DNA from: Octopus bimaculoides
Taxonomy: Eukaryota
NCBI RefSeq assembly: GCF_001194135.2
Contig: NC_068997.1
Coordinates: 1,495,556 to 1,559,555 of the forward strand
Direction of reading: 5' to 3'
DNA length: 64,000 nucleotides
In this document: in pieces, positions 26,622-39,709 of the stretch
Layout of the letters: each line of letters begins with the position of its first letter
Numbering within the stretch: position 1 is the first letter of the stretch
Notes under the pieces: model-generated
The model's input: the letters and a program-made list of their open reading frames with translations, nothing else
Told to the model about the DNA's origin: nothing
The model's database searches: none
Made by a program: the position numbers and the translations under genes

Positions 26622-27605
26622 ATATATCTTACTAATTGGATTTAATTTATCTAAGTAGATATGACCAGAGACATACCTACTAGAAATGATTATGTGTAAG
26701 AGGTTTCATACAAATTATGGTTGTAAATGGCGATGGAAGGACGAATTACTAGACCGTCAAAGACAATACCTTGCAGCATTGCGTTGCAGCTCTTTCCATT
26801 TTGAGTTTATATTTCACTGTGGCCAGAGATGAATCTTCATAATACTAGGTTTGTTAAAAAATATAACACTAGTCTTGCGGAATATGGTCGATAACAACGG
26901 CTATTTCCTACATTTAACGTCTGTATCAAACTTAGAAGTAAGCTTGGTAGAAAGGAGTGGCGATTATATTGTTACACTATTTTGTAAAGTCGCATTATGT
27001 GTAATCTAAGTAAGAGAGAGAAGAAGAGAGAGTTTATAGATTGGTGTAGTGAACAATGTACGCAAAATATACTCTCAGTCAATTGAAATTTACCCCTTAG
27101 TTGCAGAAAGAAGNNNNNNNNNNNNNNNNNNNNNNNNNNNNNNNNNNNNNNNNNNNNNNNNNNNNNNNNNNNNNNNNNNNNNNNNNNNNNNNNNNNNNNN
27201 NNNNNNNNNNNNNNNNNNNNNNNNNNNNNNNNNNNNNNNNNNNNNNNNNNNNNNNNNNNNNNNNNNNNNNNNNNNNNNNNNNNNNNNNNNNNNNNNNNNN
27301 NNNNNNNNNNNNNNNNNNNNNNNNNNNNNNNNNNNNNNNNNNNNNNNNNNNNNNNNNNNNNNNNNNNNNNNNNNNNNNNNNNNNNNNNNNNNNNNNNNNN
27401 NNNNNNNNNNNNNNNNNNNNNNNNNNNNNNNNNNNNNNNNNNNNNNNNNNNNNNNNNNNNNNNNNNNNNNNNNNNNNNNNNNNNNNNNNNNNNNNNNNNN
27501 NNNNNNNNNNNNNNNNNNNNNNNNNNNNNNNNNNNNNNNNNNNNNNNNNNNNNNNNNNNNNNNNNNNNNNNNNNNNNNNNNNNNNNNNNNNNNNNNNNNN
27601 NNNNN

Positions 27606-27679
<74 letters not shown>

Positions 27680-27714
27680 GTGCGTGTGTGCTTATATGTT
27701 ATATGCGCAGATCT

Positions 27715-27856
27715 GACTGATAAGAAGTTTACGTCCCAACCACAAGGTTACGGGCCCAGTCCCTTTGCGCAGCATCTTAGGCAAGTGTCTTCTACTATAG
27801 CCTCAGGCCAACCAAAGTCATTGGATTTAGTGGACGGGAACTGAGAGGCCCGTAGT
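27715..27856 (+). mobile_element. 5' half of SINE family A
   Basis: taagaagttt...aaccacaaggttacgggcccagtccc...ggcaagtgtcttctactatagcctcaggccaaccaaag, running into (TATG)n. Confidence 0.8.
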
Positions 27857-28043
27857 ATGTATGTATGTATGTATGTATGTATGTATGTATGTATGTATGT
27901 ATGCATGTATGTATGTATGTATGTATTTATGTATATATGTATGTATGTATGTGTATACATACACCCACACTTATATATTGGGTCATCCCATAAATAAGTG
28001 GCAAAAGAATATATCCAGCATATTTTGTTTTATGAGTCAATAG

Positions 28044-28074
<31 letters not shown>

Positions 28075-28849
28075 NNNNNNNNNNNNNNNNNNNNNNNNNN
28101 NNNNNNNNNNNNNNNNNNNNNNNNNNNNNNNNNNNNNNNNNNNNNNNNNNNNNNNNNNNNNNNNNNNNNNNNNNNNNNNNNNNNNNNNNNNNNNNNNNNN
28201 NNNNNNNNNNNNNNNNNNNNNNNNNNNNNNNNNNNNNNNNNNNNNNNNNNNNNNNNNNNNNNNNNNNNNNNNNNNNNNNNNNNNNNNNNNNNNNNNNNNN
28301 NNNNNNNNNNNNNNNNNNNNNNNNNNNNNNNNNNNNNNNNNNNNNNNNNNNNNNNNNNNNNNNNNNNNNNNNNNNNNNNNNNNNNNNNNNNNNNNNNNNN
28401 NNNNNNNNNNNNNNNNNNNNNNNNNNNNNNNNNNNNNNNNNNNNNNNNNNNNNNNNNNNNNNNNNNNNNNNNNNNNNNNNNNNNNNNNNNNNNNNNNNNN
28501 NNNNNNNNNNNNNNNNNNNNNNNNNNNNNNNNNNNNNNNNNNNNNNNNNNNNNNNNNNNNNNNNNNNNNNNNNNNNNNNNNNNNNNNNNNNNNNNNNNNN
28601 NNNNNNNNNNNNNNNNNNNNNNNNNNNNNNNNNNNNNNNNNNNNNNNNNNNNNNNNNNNNNNNNNNNNNNNNNNNNNNNNNNNNNNNNNNNNNNNNNNNN
28701 NNNNNNNNNNNNNNNNNNNNNNNNNNNNNNNNNNNNNNNNNNNNNNNNNNNNNNNNNNNNNNNNTTTATCACAGACATGGGCTGAAAGCGAGGCAAATGC
28801 CTGTGTCTATATGATAATGCGCTAGTAATTGATAAAATCTCATATAGAT

Positions 28850-29057
28850 TGTATCTTTATACTTATTTTTCGATATCTTTCTGTCTTTTTCTCTCATCTG
28901 CTTACTGCCCCCCCCTATCTTTTTCTCTCTCTCTCTCTCATCTGCTTATTGTACGTGTTCTCTGGCTATCTGTTTGTATCCTATCTCTCTTCCTTTCTGG
29001 ATGCCTTCAACGATGGAGAATATTGTCTATGTATGCGAGTTTGAAAATATATATGTG

Positions 29058-29093
<36 letters not shown>

Positions 29094-29150
29094 GTTCTCT
29101 GCAATTGTTTAATTTTATCCACATTCATCAGAAACTATCGCTGCTTATTA
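28850..29150 (-). repeat. Direct repeat copy 1 (pairs with 30170-30597) carrying a mutated hammerhead core at 29131-29100
   Basis: Colinear with copy 2 (tttcgatatctttctgtctttttctctcatctgcttactg...ttctggatgc.ttc.acgatggagaatattgtctatgt...ttcatcagaaactatcgctgcttattat). Minus strand CUGAUGA...UAAA-CAAUUG-CA. Confidence 0.9.
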
Positions 29151-30169
29151 TTTGTATATGTGTATGTGTATGTGTGCCTATGCGTATGTGTGTGTGTGTA
29201 AAGCATTGGTTGCTGTAGTTTGTTTGTCTTTCATCGAAATGCTTTAACCGCGTGTGTAATCATATGAACGCATGTGTGCGTATAGTGAAGAATGTATGTG
29301 GTAATGTGGTTATATATACATATATGTATCTGTGTTTCACATTGTAACTCATGTTGTTAATTTATTTCTCTATATTGATATGCTTACTTCCATGGCTATG
29401 CGTGTTTCTGTGCGTTTTTGTGAGTGCATCTATCTTTGGTGAATGTATAATGTGCCTGCGAGGCCTGCGAGTGCATGCGTGTACATATACCTGCCAATAT
29501 CGAGTTCATATATATAAGTCTATCAAACTGTGCGTGTATAAATATAGGTATGCGTGTGTTAATGTGTTAGGCCGTGTGTGTTTGGTATGGGTGGAATGCA
29601 TTAATGACATTAAACGTGTATATACTCGGATGAAGGTGAAAATAAGAGGAGCAATTAAGCTGATGGTAAGTGAAGAAAACAAGAAGAGTAACTACAAAAA
29701 CCGTATCATAAAGAACAATAATGATAGCTAGAAGAACATCTATAAAAAGAGCAAGAAAAGCAACGAGGAGAAAAGAAAGGAAAATCCTCAGCATCGACAT
29801 AGAAGAATAAGTTAAAAATATCAACCAAGAAACCCACCCTTATTGGTAACAACAATTACGATGACGATGACGATAGGAATAAGAAAGAATATGCTAACAC
29901 ATATACAAAAAAAAACTGTGAGCAACAAAGGCAGCCAACTCGATAGAATGGTTAAACATTTAATCAACATTCCAGATCTTGGTCAGGCATATATGCGCTG
30001 TTTTTGGTCAGACTCAATTAGAAGAGATTCACATCTCAATACAACACTTATTGCAGTTCTCTCTCTCTCTTCCTCTCTCTCCCCCTCTCCCCCTCTCTCT
30101 CTCAATTCCTCTATTTCTCTCGGTATCTCTGTTTCTCCAACTCAGTGACTTTTACTTCTTTTATCCTGA

Positions 30170-30233
30170 TCTCTTTATATTTATCTTTCGATATCTTTCT
30201 GTCTTTTTCTCTCATCTGCTTACTGTCCCTATC

Positions 30234-30269
<36 letters not shown>

Positions 30270-30273
30270 TCAT

Positions 30274-30360
<87 letters not shown>

Positions 30361-30597
30361 CTCGCTCTCTCCCCTCTCTCTCCTCCGTCTACTTACTACC
30401 CGTGTTCTCTGGCTGTTTGTATCCTATCTCTCTTCATTTCTGGATGCTTTCGACGATGGAGAATATTGTCTATGTCTGTGAGTTTGAGAATATATATGTG
30501 TGTGCGTGCATGTGTGTATGTATGTATGTGTGTGTGTTGTTCTCTACAATTGTTTCATTTTATCCCCATTCATCAGAAACTATCGCTGCTTATTATG
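30170..30597 (-). repeat. Direct repeat copy 2 with an internal (TTTC)n expansion and a hammerhead core at 30576-30545
   Basis: Same sequence as copy 1 plus about 125 bp of (TTTC)n. Minus strand CUGAUGA-AUGGGGAUAAAAU-GAAA-CAAUUG-UA. Core is intact but stems I and II are weak. Confidence 0.9.
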
Positions 30598-30878
30598 CAA
30601 TAAACGATATGATGAATGTTCCATATTTTTTTTTTCATTCTTTGTTTCCCTACAAACGTTGTACTATATTGCATCATAATCTATGTTTAACACACTAATA
30701 GATTCCTTCATCCCTCACCACCGCGCGAACACATATACACATACATAAATACTCACATATTCACAATAACATTCGTAAAAAAGACATTTTGGCATTGTCA
30801 TACAGTAGAAATGAATGAGAAAACATCATCAACACAATCATACAAAACTGGAACAATTCATATATTGTATATTCACAG

Positions 30879-30930
<52 letters not shown>

Positions 30931-30934
<4 letters not shown>

Positions 30935-31349
30935 TAACATATAATTGCCAACCAATTGTGGTGTCCTATACAGGACAGTGCTACTGATGTTTATAGATCC
31001 AGGAAAAACATCTCCAGCTGGCTAACGACACAGATTCTGTATCGGATTAGGATTTGCGAGGATAAGTCATCGCTCCCATCTTTAGCCTTACGTGATACAC
31101 ACGGACTCGAGTTTCTAGGTGGTTACCCGTCCTCAGCGTGTGTTAATCACAAGCTAGTGATGAAAACTCAAGTCTGTGTGTATCACGTAAGGCTAGAGAT
31201 GGGAGAGAGAACCTCTCCTCGTAAATACTAATCGGACACAGAACCTGTGTCGTTAGACCACTGGAGGAGTTGTCTTCCTGGGGCTCTAAACGTCAGTAGC
31301 ATTGTCCTGTATAGGACGCCACACTTGGTTGGCAATTATATGTTACGAT
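30931..31349. mobile_element. 419-bp fold-back element: two arms of about 185 bp in inverted orientation (PLE pLTR-like or retrozyme-like)
   Basis: The terminal 25 bp atcgtaacatataattgccaaccaa / ttggttggcaattatatgttacgat are perfect reverse complements. Arms 30931-31115 and about 31162-31349 align throughout. The left end abuts (TA)n. Confidence 0.92.
31097..31143 (-). ncRNA. Type I hammerhead ribozyme, canonical core
   Basis: ACACACG-CUGAGGA-CGGGU-AACC-ACCUA-GAAA-CUCGAG-UC^CGUGUGU. It has a perfect 7-bp stem I, all core nucleotides, a 4-bp stem II (C.A mismatch at the base), a palindromic minimal stem III and GUC cleavage between 31104 and 31103. Confidence 0.9.
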
Positions 31350-32340
31350 TCCGTACCGCTACTGTTGATATCTCAGTCAGAGATTTAATATAGCTATATA
31401 TATAATAGTGAGTTTGGAGGGATATTTTATCCGGACGGGTATCAGCTCTCAGTTAGGTTCCAGTTAACGGCTAACCACAATGATCAGTATTTAACGTCTG
31501 TGACAACAATTTGTTGTTAATCATTCCGGGAATTCTTCCGATAGGTAATTCTTCGTACGATTCGCTGGATGGTAAAAATTGTTTGCAATATGTATTATCG
31601 TTATTAATAATAAAGAATATGGAGCATTGTACATCCACAAAATTTATTTTATAGTTATATGCTGTGGAAGCACGTGTAGATCATTATATTATGCTATATA
31701 TAACTATATACAACATGTGGATGTACAAGTTTCTATACTCTTTATAATAATAATAATATTAATAATAATAATAATAATAATAATAACTCAAGCCGCACAG
31801 AGCTGCGCTCGGTAGTGAACTGAAAGCACGTTATAAAAATAAAACTGCTGAACAATAATAATAATAATAATAATAATAATGATTCAAAGACGCACACACA
31901 CACACACATATATGTATATATATATATATATACATACATACATGCATGCATATATATATATATATATTAATATAGTAAAATTATCTCCACCTCTAGAAGG
32001 CGCACCATAATTACCAAATGGCTATTACGACGAGCTCCATTGGGAAATGGGAGATAATCTCAAAATTAAGATGTTTTACTGACACACACGCACGCACGTA
32101 TGTATGTATGTATGTATGTATGTATGTATGTATGTATCTACATGCGGGTGTATAGTTGTATATGTGTGTCTGCATACGTGTGAATATGCTGTGTATATAT
32201 TGTATATGGCATAGAATATTAGTCCCGGAAGAACAGTATATCTAGGTCAGTTTGTATACATCGTCATACTAGTATTAAATATATATCTACATCTCTCTAT
32301 GCATACAGACAGATAAACACATACACACATCCTCCCATCC

Positions 32341-32388
<48 letters not shown>

Positions 32389-32684
32389 TTGGAACACACA
32401 CATTCAGTTAATCATGCATTCAAAACACGATTATGTTCTATCGCCATTACTTTAGTTGTGTGTGTTTATGTTCTTTCTTTTAAAATTTATTTCTTTAAGA
32501 GTTCTTTACAGTGTGTTTTGAACAATAAAGATTCCCGATCCATCGTTGGAAATAGACAGAAAATCTTTATTGTTTCAAACAACCTCTAAAGAAATCAAAG
32601 GGAAATATGAGGTGATAGACTAAAAAGAAAATATATAAAAAATCAGTCGGGTTTCCAATATATATATNNNNNNNNNNNNNNNNN

Positions 32685-32731
<47 letters not shown>

Positions 32732-33404
32732 GTACATATGTAAGTGCATATGAATAGACACATATGTACATACATGAATAAATGGTAGCATATATGAACG
32801 AGCCAGTATATATATATGTTTCGAAATATTGCTGGTCAGCAATAACTAGAGTTATACGGATGCATAAACCTGTATTGTCTATTCTACGAAACATTAAGAA
32901 AACTCTCACGTAAAAGCTAAAACTTCCTTAAACCGAAGCATCCCTTGGCTACAGAGTGTCTTTCTTTTCAACGTAGTTTACGAAAGACCTTCACAAACCA
33001 TGCAAACATTCATGATCAATCCGTTTTTCTTCTATTTTTATTTATAAATTACCGATGGTTGCTTATAGTCCTGATAGAGTTCTATGTCTTAGTTTATTAA
33101 CTAAAGTGAAAGTTTGGATTTTCTATCCAGTAATGACAATATGTTACCTTTTACACTGATAATAGTCAGAGTTCCAGCTGTTGCTATTGTCATAGTTTAG
33201 CGCAGGTCACTAAGTGCTGATCGTGCCAACATTTGATCAAAGAGATTTCAGCCGTCTCTCTCTCGTCCCTTCGTTTTCAGTTGTAGTGTTTCTAGGATAC
33301 AATTATCTAAAATTGTCCTTTAAAAAAAGGATGTTATTTGAGGAAGATTCGGCTACTATTTCTAACAGAACTGACAACTGCATACAGGTTTTATAATCAA
33401 CCCT

Positions 33405-33625
33405 CTTGCTGGTTTCAAATTTTGGCACCAAGCCCAGCAATTTTATGGGATGTGGGTAAGTCGATTACATCGACTCACCTTCTCAACTGGTATTTATTTT
33501 GTCACCTGGAAAGGATGAAAGGCAAAAGCTACCCCTGTGGATTTCGAACTCAAAATATAAAGACGGACAGAATGTCGCTAAGCACTTTGTCCAGTATGTT
33601 AACCGTTCCACCGGCTCTCCACCTC
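33405..33625 (-). mobile_element. SINE family B
   Basis: Minus strand ggtggagagccggtggaacggttaacatactggacaaagtgcttagcgac...gagttcgaaatcc...gcctttcatcctttcc...gatgtaatcgacttaccc...ggcttggtgcc. Confidence 0.8.
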
Positions 33626-35317
33626 AATCTCTCCTGTGATTAATATACAATATGTTATCTGATAACCCATACGATATTTAAGCACCGACAAATGTTTCGA
33701 ACACACGCTTGTTATTGTGTCCGCCCGGATCCGACTGCAGATCCATCGCTCGATCTCGTATGCCCTGTACATCAGATAGAATATATCACTGTTGGACTAT
33801 ATCGCGCATTCCAGCTTGTATCAGTTTATTGTATGTAACGTTGCAGCATGGTAGATTGAAGACATTTTACTTCATTAAGTTTCCTTGTTCAGTCTGTCTT
33901 AATAATCGGTGACTGTTTAGGAATGATGCAGTTATGATGACATCTTCTGGATGCAACAATTATTATTTCTTTAACTGTATGTATCCATGTGATACATAAT
34001 ATATAGATATGATATATTACTGGTATCTTTGAATATTGATAATATTTCATTGATATTTCAAAGATGTAAAGGAAAGTGAAGCCGATAAAAGATTTAAAAT
34101 TAGAATGAAAAGAAACGAAACTAAATTGATGCAGTCAGGAAATTCGCTTCGGAGAAAAGAAACGAAAAGAAAATCGTGCTTTCGTGTTCGATCCACCTGC
34201 ATATAAGATGGGTAAATTTCATCGTCTAAAGCCTCGAATGACCAAACCGTTATGAATGGAATTTTGCAAATGGAAACTGTGTAGGAGCTGGTCAGATGGA
34301 CGCTTACCATTCCTTGGTGGTAGATTTGAGCCGACTCCTAGTTTAGCGTCACCTGTTGACTCTTGGATGTGTGTAGTCAAGTTAATTCTTTTGCAAGTAC
34401 TTGGACCGAGTTTCTGGTCAGACGATAAATTCCTCTCTCTACTTCCAGTCTTTGATGTCCTGAAGACGGTTCATGGGTGCAGATTTGTGCCTCCTCTGAC
34501 AGAGTCTCTAAAAGAGGGGCTAGTTCTGTGTTCTACCATTTCCGATAACATAATACAATATGATTATTTTGAAGGAGATAAATAAAAATGATGGGGTTCG
34601 AACTCCAGAACTGGTTTGAAGAAATTCAATGCTGTCAAGCGTTTTTTACTTCCGACACTTACCGTGTTACACCAAAATAGAGTAAACATCTGGTAAACAA
34701 CAAAAACAAAAACAAAAAAACCATCAAACAAGATCAAAGATTAAAACTAAAGGTAAGATGCACTAAAAACGCAACAGAGCGTCTTGTTGTTGTAGCAGTT
34801 TATCCCGAGGTTAATTGTGATTGAGCGGACCTATTAACGAAGTTGATCGATTTAGAGATAAACTTGGCGTATTTTCAATCATAGTGTACTCAGACCACAT
34901 TATCTATTATATCTGTCCATTTCTTTCATGGAATTGTGTGAGGGAGTGGAGGATTAGTTGCTTGTTAGCACCACCATTGCCACCCCCACCTAGAATGATG
35001 CCTGGGTATGGTAAACACGTGAAAATTGGAGAAAGTTTTATGTGTTTTACAAGGATAGTAGACGTGGGATTTATAGAAACGAAGACGGAATGGAATCGGT
35101 AAATCCATTTTAAAGAACATAACACTTGGCTCAAATATGAACAATCTTGGCACGTTGATGCGTGAGTAAGAATGAAAACTGCAACGGAAAGAGAATAATT
35201 TAAATAACCGGAAAATAATATACAAAAGGAAAAGAAAAATTAAATTCAGTGCAAAAACGTGTTGTAGGTATACACATATATAATTAAATAAATACATTAA
35301 GAAAATACAAACATATA

Positions 35318-35362
<45 letters not shown>

Positions 35363-36069
35363 NNNNNNNNNNNNNNNNNNNNNNNNNNNNNNNNNNNNNN
35401 NNNNNNNNNNNNNNNNNNNNNNNNNNNNNNNNNNNNNNNNNNNNNNNNNNNNNNNNNNNNNNNNNNNNNNNNNNNNNNNNNNNNNNNNNNNNNNNNNNNN
35501 NNNNNNNNNNNNNNNNNNNNNNNNNNNNNNNNNNNNNNNNNNNNNNNNNNNNNNNNNNNNNNNNNNNNNNNNNNNNNNNNNNNNNNNNNNNNNNNNNNNN
35601 NNNNNNNNNNNNNNNNNNNNNNNNNNNNNNNNNNNNNNNNNNNNNNNNNNNNNNNNNNTATATATATATATATATGCATACACGAACGTATATATAATAC
35701 TTCCTGCTTGTATGTGTGAAATATAGATTCAATAAGTATAAGGTCGTAGTGGAACGTGTAGGATAATTCCATAATATCGATTATGGTTCGTTAATTGGAT
35801 TAGCGTGACGTGGTACTATGATGGAGTGAGATGGGCAGTAATCCGGTATCCTTTCTTTAGAAACAACCACCGTTATATCTATGCCTGTTTGTGTGTGCAG
35901 GCGTGGGAGAAAAATGTTGCTTGAAGCTTCATTTGAATAGTTTTCGTTTTCCTGTAGATATTTCCTACTTGTCTTAACACTTTAGTGAAAAATAACATGT
36001 TCAAGAGTGCAAACACCCCACGTATATGTCCATCCAAACAAACACACGCCCTCACCAGCGCAAGCATGC

Positions 36070-36110
<41 letters not shown>

Positions 36111-37655
36111 AATATTTCATACAGGCATAGACACAACATATTTCACACACACAAATGATTTCGTGCACATTATGTGCGTGCGTTTATGCGTATGTGTATT
36201 TAAGGAATATTAGATATCGATATTGAAATGATGAAAGATGAATCTATGTAAAAGAGAAGAAAAGGAAGATAAAGAAAATGAAGGGGAGGGAGGAGGCGGG
36301 GGAGAAGAAGGCGGATGACAAGAAGAGACATGAATGAAAAAGAAAGAAAAGTACGAAAAATCATCGATTTATTATCTTCAAATAAAACAGATGAATGTAA
36401 AGCCCTATTGTAATGCAATAGCATCGTAGAATATTTCGATTTAAAGAACATTTTAAATGATGGATTCCAAACACGCCAAACATTTATTTTCCACACCCCG
36501 TTATCACATTGTTGAAGAAATATTTTAGTCGTTATTCTAAAAACTAATATTTAAAAAATAAATAAAAATATATAAAAAAAACATTCCTCACCACCATATA
36601 TAGCGTTTAAAAGATATTTTCAGAACGTTTGAAGATATAATTCTTTAATGAGCAGTACGAAATACAAATACAGCCATTATTTTACGTATGTTAATTACTG
36701 CAAATTGCAACGTACAATATTAGAATATCGGCAATGTTTTTATTGTCTTACGTTTAGCAGTTGTTTTTTTTATTCCCTCGTCACAGTATTATTTTTGGCA
36801 ACATTAATAATTTGTATAATTTAGTTCAGAGAAAGATATACATTTTCCTTTATTTTTAATAAAAATATACGTAAATGGCTACACACACTTATGTCAGTAT
36901 AAATATATGTGTGGATACAAAGACTCATACAAAAACACACGCTCGCACACACAAACTCACACATACACATATAGTGAGAGCGATGTATCCATGTATATGC
37001 CTATCTGCATACATATACATATGTATGTGTGTACATATATGTATATATGTGTGTAAGTATGTTTATACTCTTTAAATGAGATGAAATGTATTGTAAAGAA
37101 ACATATAGAATCATTTTTAAAAAAATATTTATGCCACTTACAAACGAGCATCATCTAAAAATATTAATGGATTTAAAAATATGAAATGGTGCAACCGCGA
37201 TTGCTATCTTCAATATATTTAGAAATAAACAACAATATTGAGAAAAAAGCACTTCGTTAAACTAAATCTTATTTAATAATGAAGACAGTAACGATGCTAA
37301 TAAATTATCTCTAGCTTGCAGCCCTATAATGATAAGGTGTTAATTACGAAAGAACAATAGATTAGATAGGAGTTGTGTATCCGGTAGGGATACGTCATCA
37401 ATATTGGCTGTATTAATGGCAAAGAAAATAGCAGTTTATTCACTCCGTTATCTGGTTCTCATCAGACATTGTTTATTACTTTCTGTGGCTATAACCGATG
37501 ATATATCACCAACTTTAAATGATATCGTGATAGCAGTAGCATGCTTAGTGAAGAGGAAATAAAATAACAATGATGATGATAATTTTAATATTTTGCATTT
37601 TTTCCGAATTTTTCAAATTGCGAAGTAAATTTACAGACAAATGTATGTATGTATG

Positions 37656-37687
<32 letters not shown>

Positions 37688-37695
37688 CATGTATG

Positions 37696-37729
<34 letters not shown>

Positions 37730-38608
37730 TGCATGCATGAACGTATGCTTGTATGCATGCATGTATAAATGTATGTATGTACATGAATACATACAGTTGT
37801 CAGTAAATTACCATTACAAATTGAAATATAAACACATATATACAACATATATATGGTTTTAAATTCTTTAACTGTAACTGTATGGCGGTAGGTAGGTGTC
37901 CTAATTCAAAAGGTGATAAACATATGTCACATCGCAATGAAATCAATTCCAAAGAGTTTATGATCTTTGCTACCATTATTCTCTACAGAAGTGTAAATAT
38001 GACATAATGGCTGTCAGTAGTTGCAGTGGAGAATTGTGTACGGTCGGCCGTGGGTGACATCTAAGTTCAACGATACATCAGTGAAAGTGAGCGACTACGT
38101 TCATTTAAACTGAAGTAGGACGAATGAGTTATATGTATTCCACCTACACGAAGAATTTAACATTAATCACAAGGAAGAGAATGGAATTTCGACAGATTTT
38201 TCACAATTCGTTTGACACTTTTCGTTTGACAAATTCGTGACTTCATTTCGGTATCTATTTCATCATGTTCTTTCTGTTTCCAACTCTAATAGATCTACCA
38301 TGGAAGACATCGTTCATTTTAAACCTTACGCACATGTAGGAATGTTTAGATATCATGTAATCTACACTTGTTGAATTTGCATAAAACATTGGCTTCATTC
38401 ACTTCTATGTTGTCAAATGTGTGCCATCCATGACCATCACACATATTTTTAGATTCTGTGCGTATGCATTTGCTCACATGTTCAAATTATTTATTTATCT
38501 ATTTTTTAAAACTCGGTGGTAAGTGATTTGTAGGAGTTTCAGTGTTATTTCTAGCCTATTGATCGACAACGCACAGACTCCACCACTAGCTGTCTGTCTG
38601 TCTGTCTT

Positions 38609-38639
<31 letters not shown>

Positions 38640-39541
38640 TTCTGCTTGTCTGTCTTTCTGTCTGTCTGTCTGTCTGTTTCTCTCTCTCTCTCTCTCTCAC
38701 TCACTCTTTCTGCCTCAGTCTCCCAGTATGTACTATGTACAGGGTTGTTTACTATTAGGTCAATAGAAGTTGGTGTTTAACCCTTAGTCTGGAAAGGTAT
38801 ACGTAGGAAAAGATTTTCTAATGCGTTCAGTCTTGTTTAAGATTGCAAAGTATATAAATTAAAAGAAATTGTTTGCTATTTCTTGCAAAAAGTGTGACCG
38901 AATAAAAGTACGTTTTTGGTTCGTGGCAATGATAAAAAATTACTCCCCCCCCCATATATGTATATGCATATGCGTGTATGTAATATGTACGCAATACGCA
39001 TGCTTACACACACACACACACACACATATGTACATGCATAAACACTCATGTAAAGATACACAGATGTTCAGCGCAGCGTTTCAACGATAAATAGTTATAT
39101 AAAGAGCTTGTCACTAGAAATGATATTAAGCAGCAAGTTTAAATTAGCAACTTCCAACAAAGGCTGCTGCAGTTTGTGTGCCAGCAACAGCGTAGCTTTT
39201 CATCGTTGGTCACGCCATAAACGATTTCTTTTCATACATTTATTTGGTTGATAATTAGAAAACTGCCATGGCAAATATTCAAAGTGTAAATGATGTTGAT
39301 TTTTGTACTGCACTATTAGCTTTAACTTCGGTTTCATAATCAACCATTGACAGTAGAGAAGTTGGAATTATCACTCCTATATATATAATTAGGCAAGATA
39401 TTGATGGATAAAAACGAAAAACGAACAGGTGTATGTTATTTATCATATCATTGCTATGAATTTTGTGTAATCTCTAGTTAGACAGGAATCTGGAGGCGGA
39501 TATATTTGAACGCCGAGTTTGAAGTGGGTTATAATAGCTAC

Positions 39542-39709
39542 CAAATACTAGTGGACACACAGCACTCGTAGCCAGAGGAAGGATTCGTTCCACAAGACGA
39601 TGACTCATTGAAAAGCTTTGACTCAATATTACGAGCGGCCCAAGCATTCATTAAGTTTCCAGTTTTGTGTTTGTTGCTGGTTTTATTCACGGCGTATAGA
39701 AAACATTTG
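39542..39709 (-). CDS. Candidate 168-nt exon
   Basis: Strong pyrimidine acceptor ttctgttcctcttcactctag| and weak donor TG|gtagct. Only one frame is open (phase2-2): KCFLYAVNKTSNKHKTGNLMNAWAARNIESKLFNESSSCGTNPSSGYECCVSTSI. No family recognised. Confidence 0.3.

Noticed and set aside
30933-31348. TCGTAACA/TGTTACGA read as LTR or Ginger termini
   Set aside because: The orientation is the inverse of LTR ends, and no PBS, PPT or matching second terminus was found.
33680-33760. Minus-strand stem plus GAAAC-AUUU-GUC
   Set aside because: No CUGANGA and no stem I, so it is not callable as a hammerhead.
34256-34585. 109-aa plus ORF
   Set aside because: No recognisable domain. The overlapping minus frame has an internal TGA, so it is noted only as a weak exon candidate.
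39485-39571. GIWRRIYL peptide resembling a GH2 motif, with LKHLGFNVIKI at 53477-53541
   Set aside because: An in-frame stop follows with no good donor, and two short motif similarities are expected after scanning many frames.
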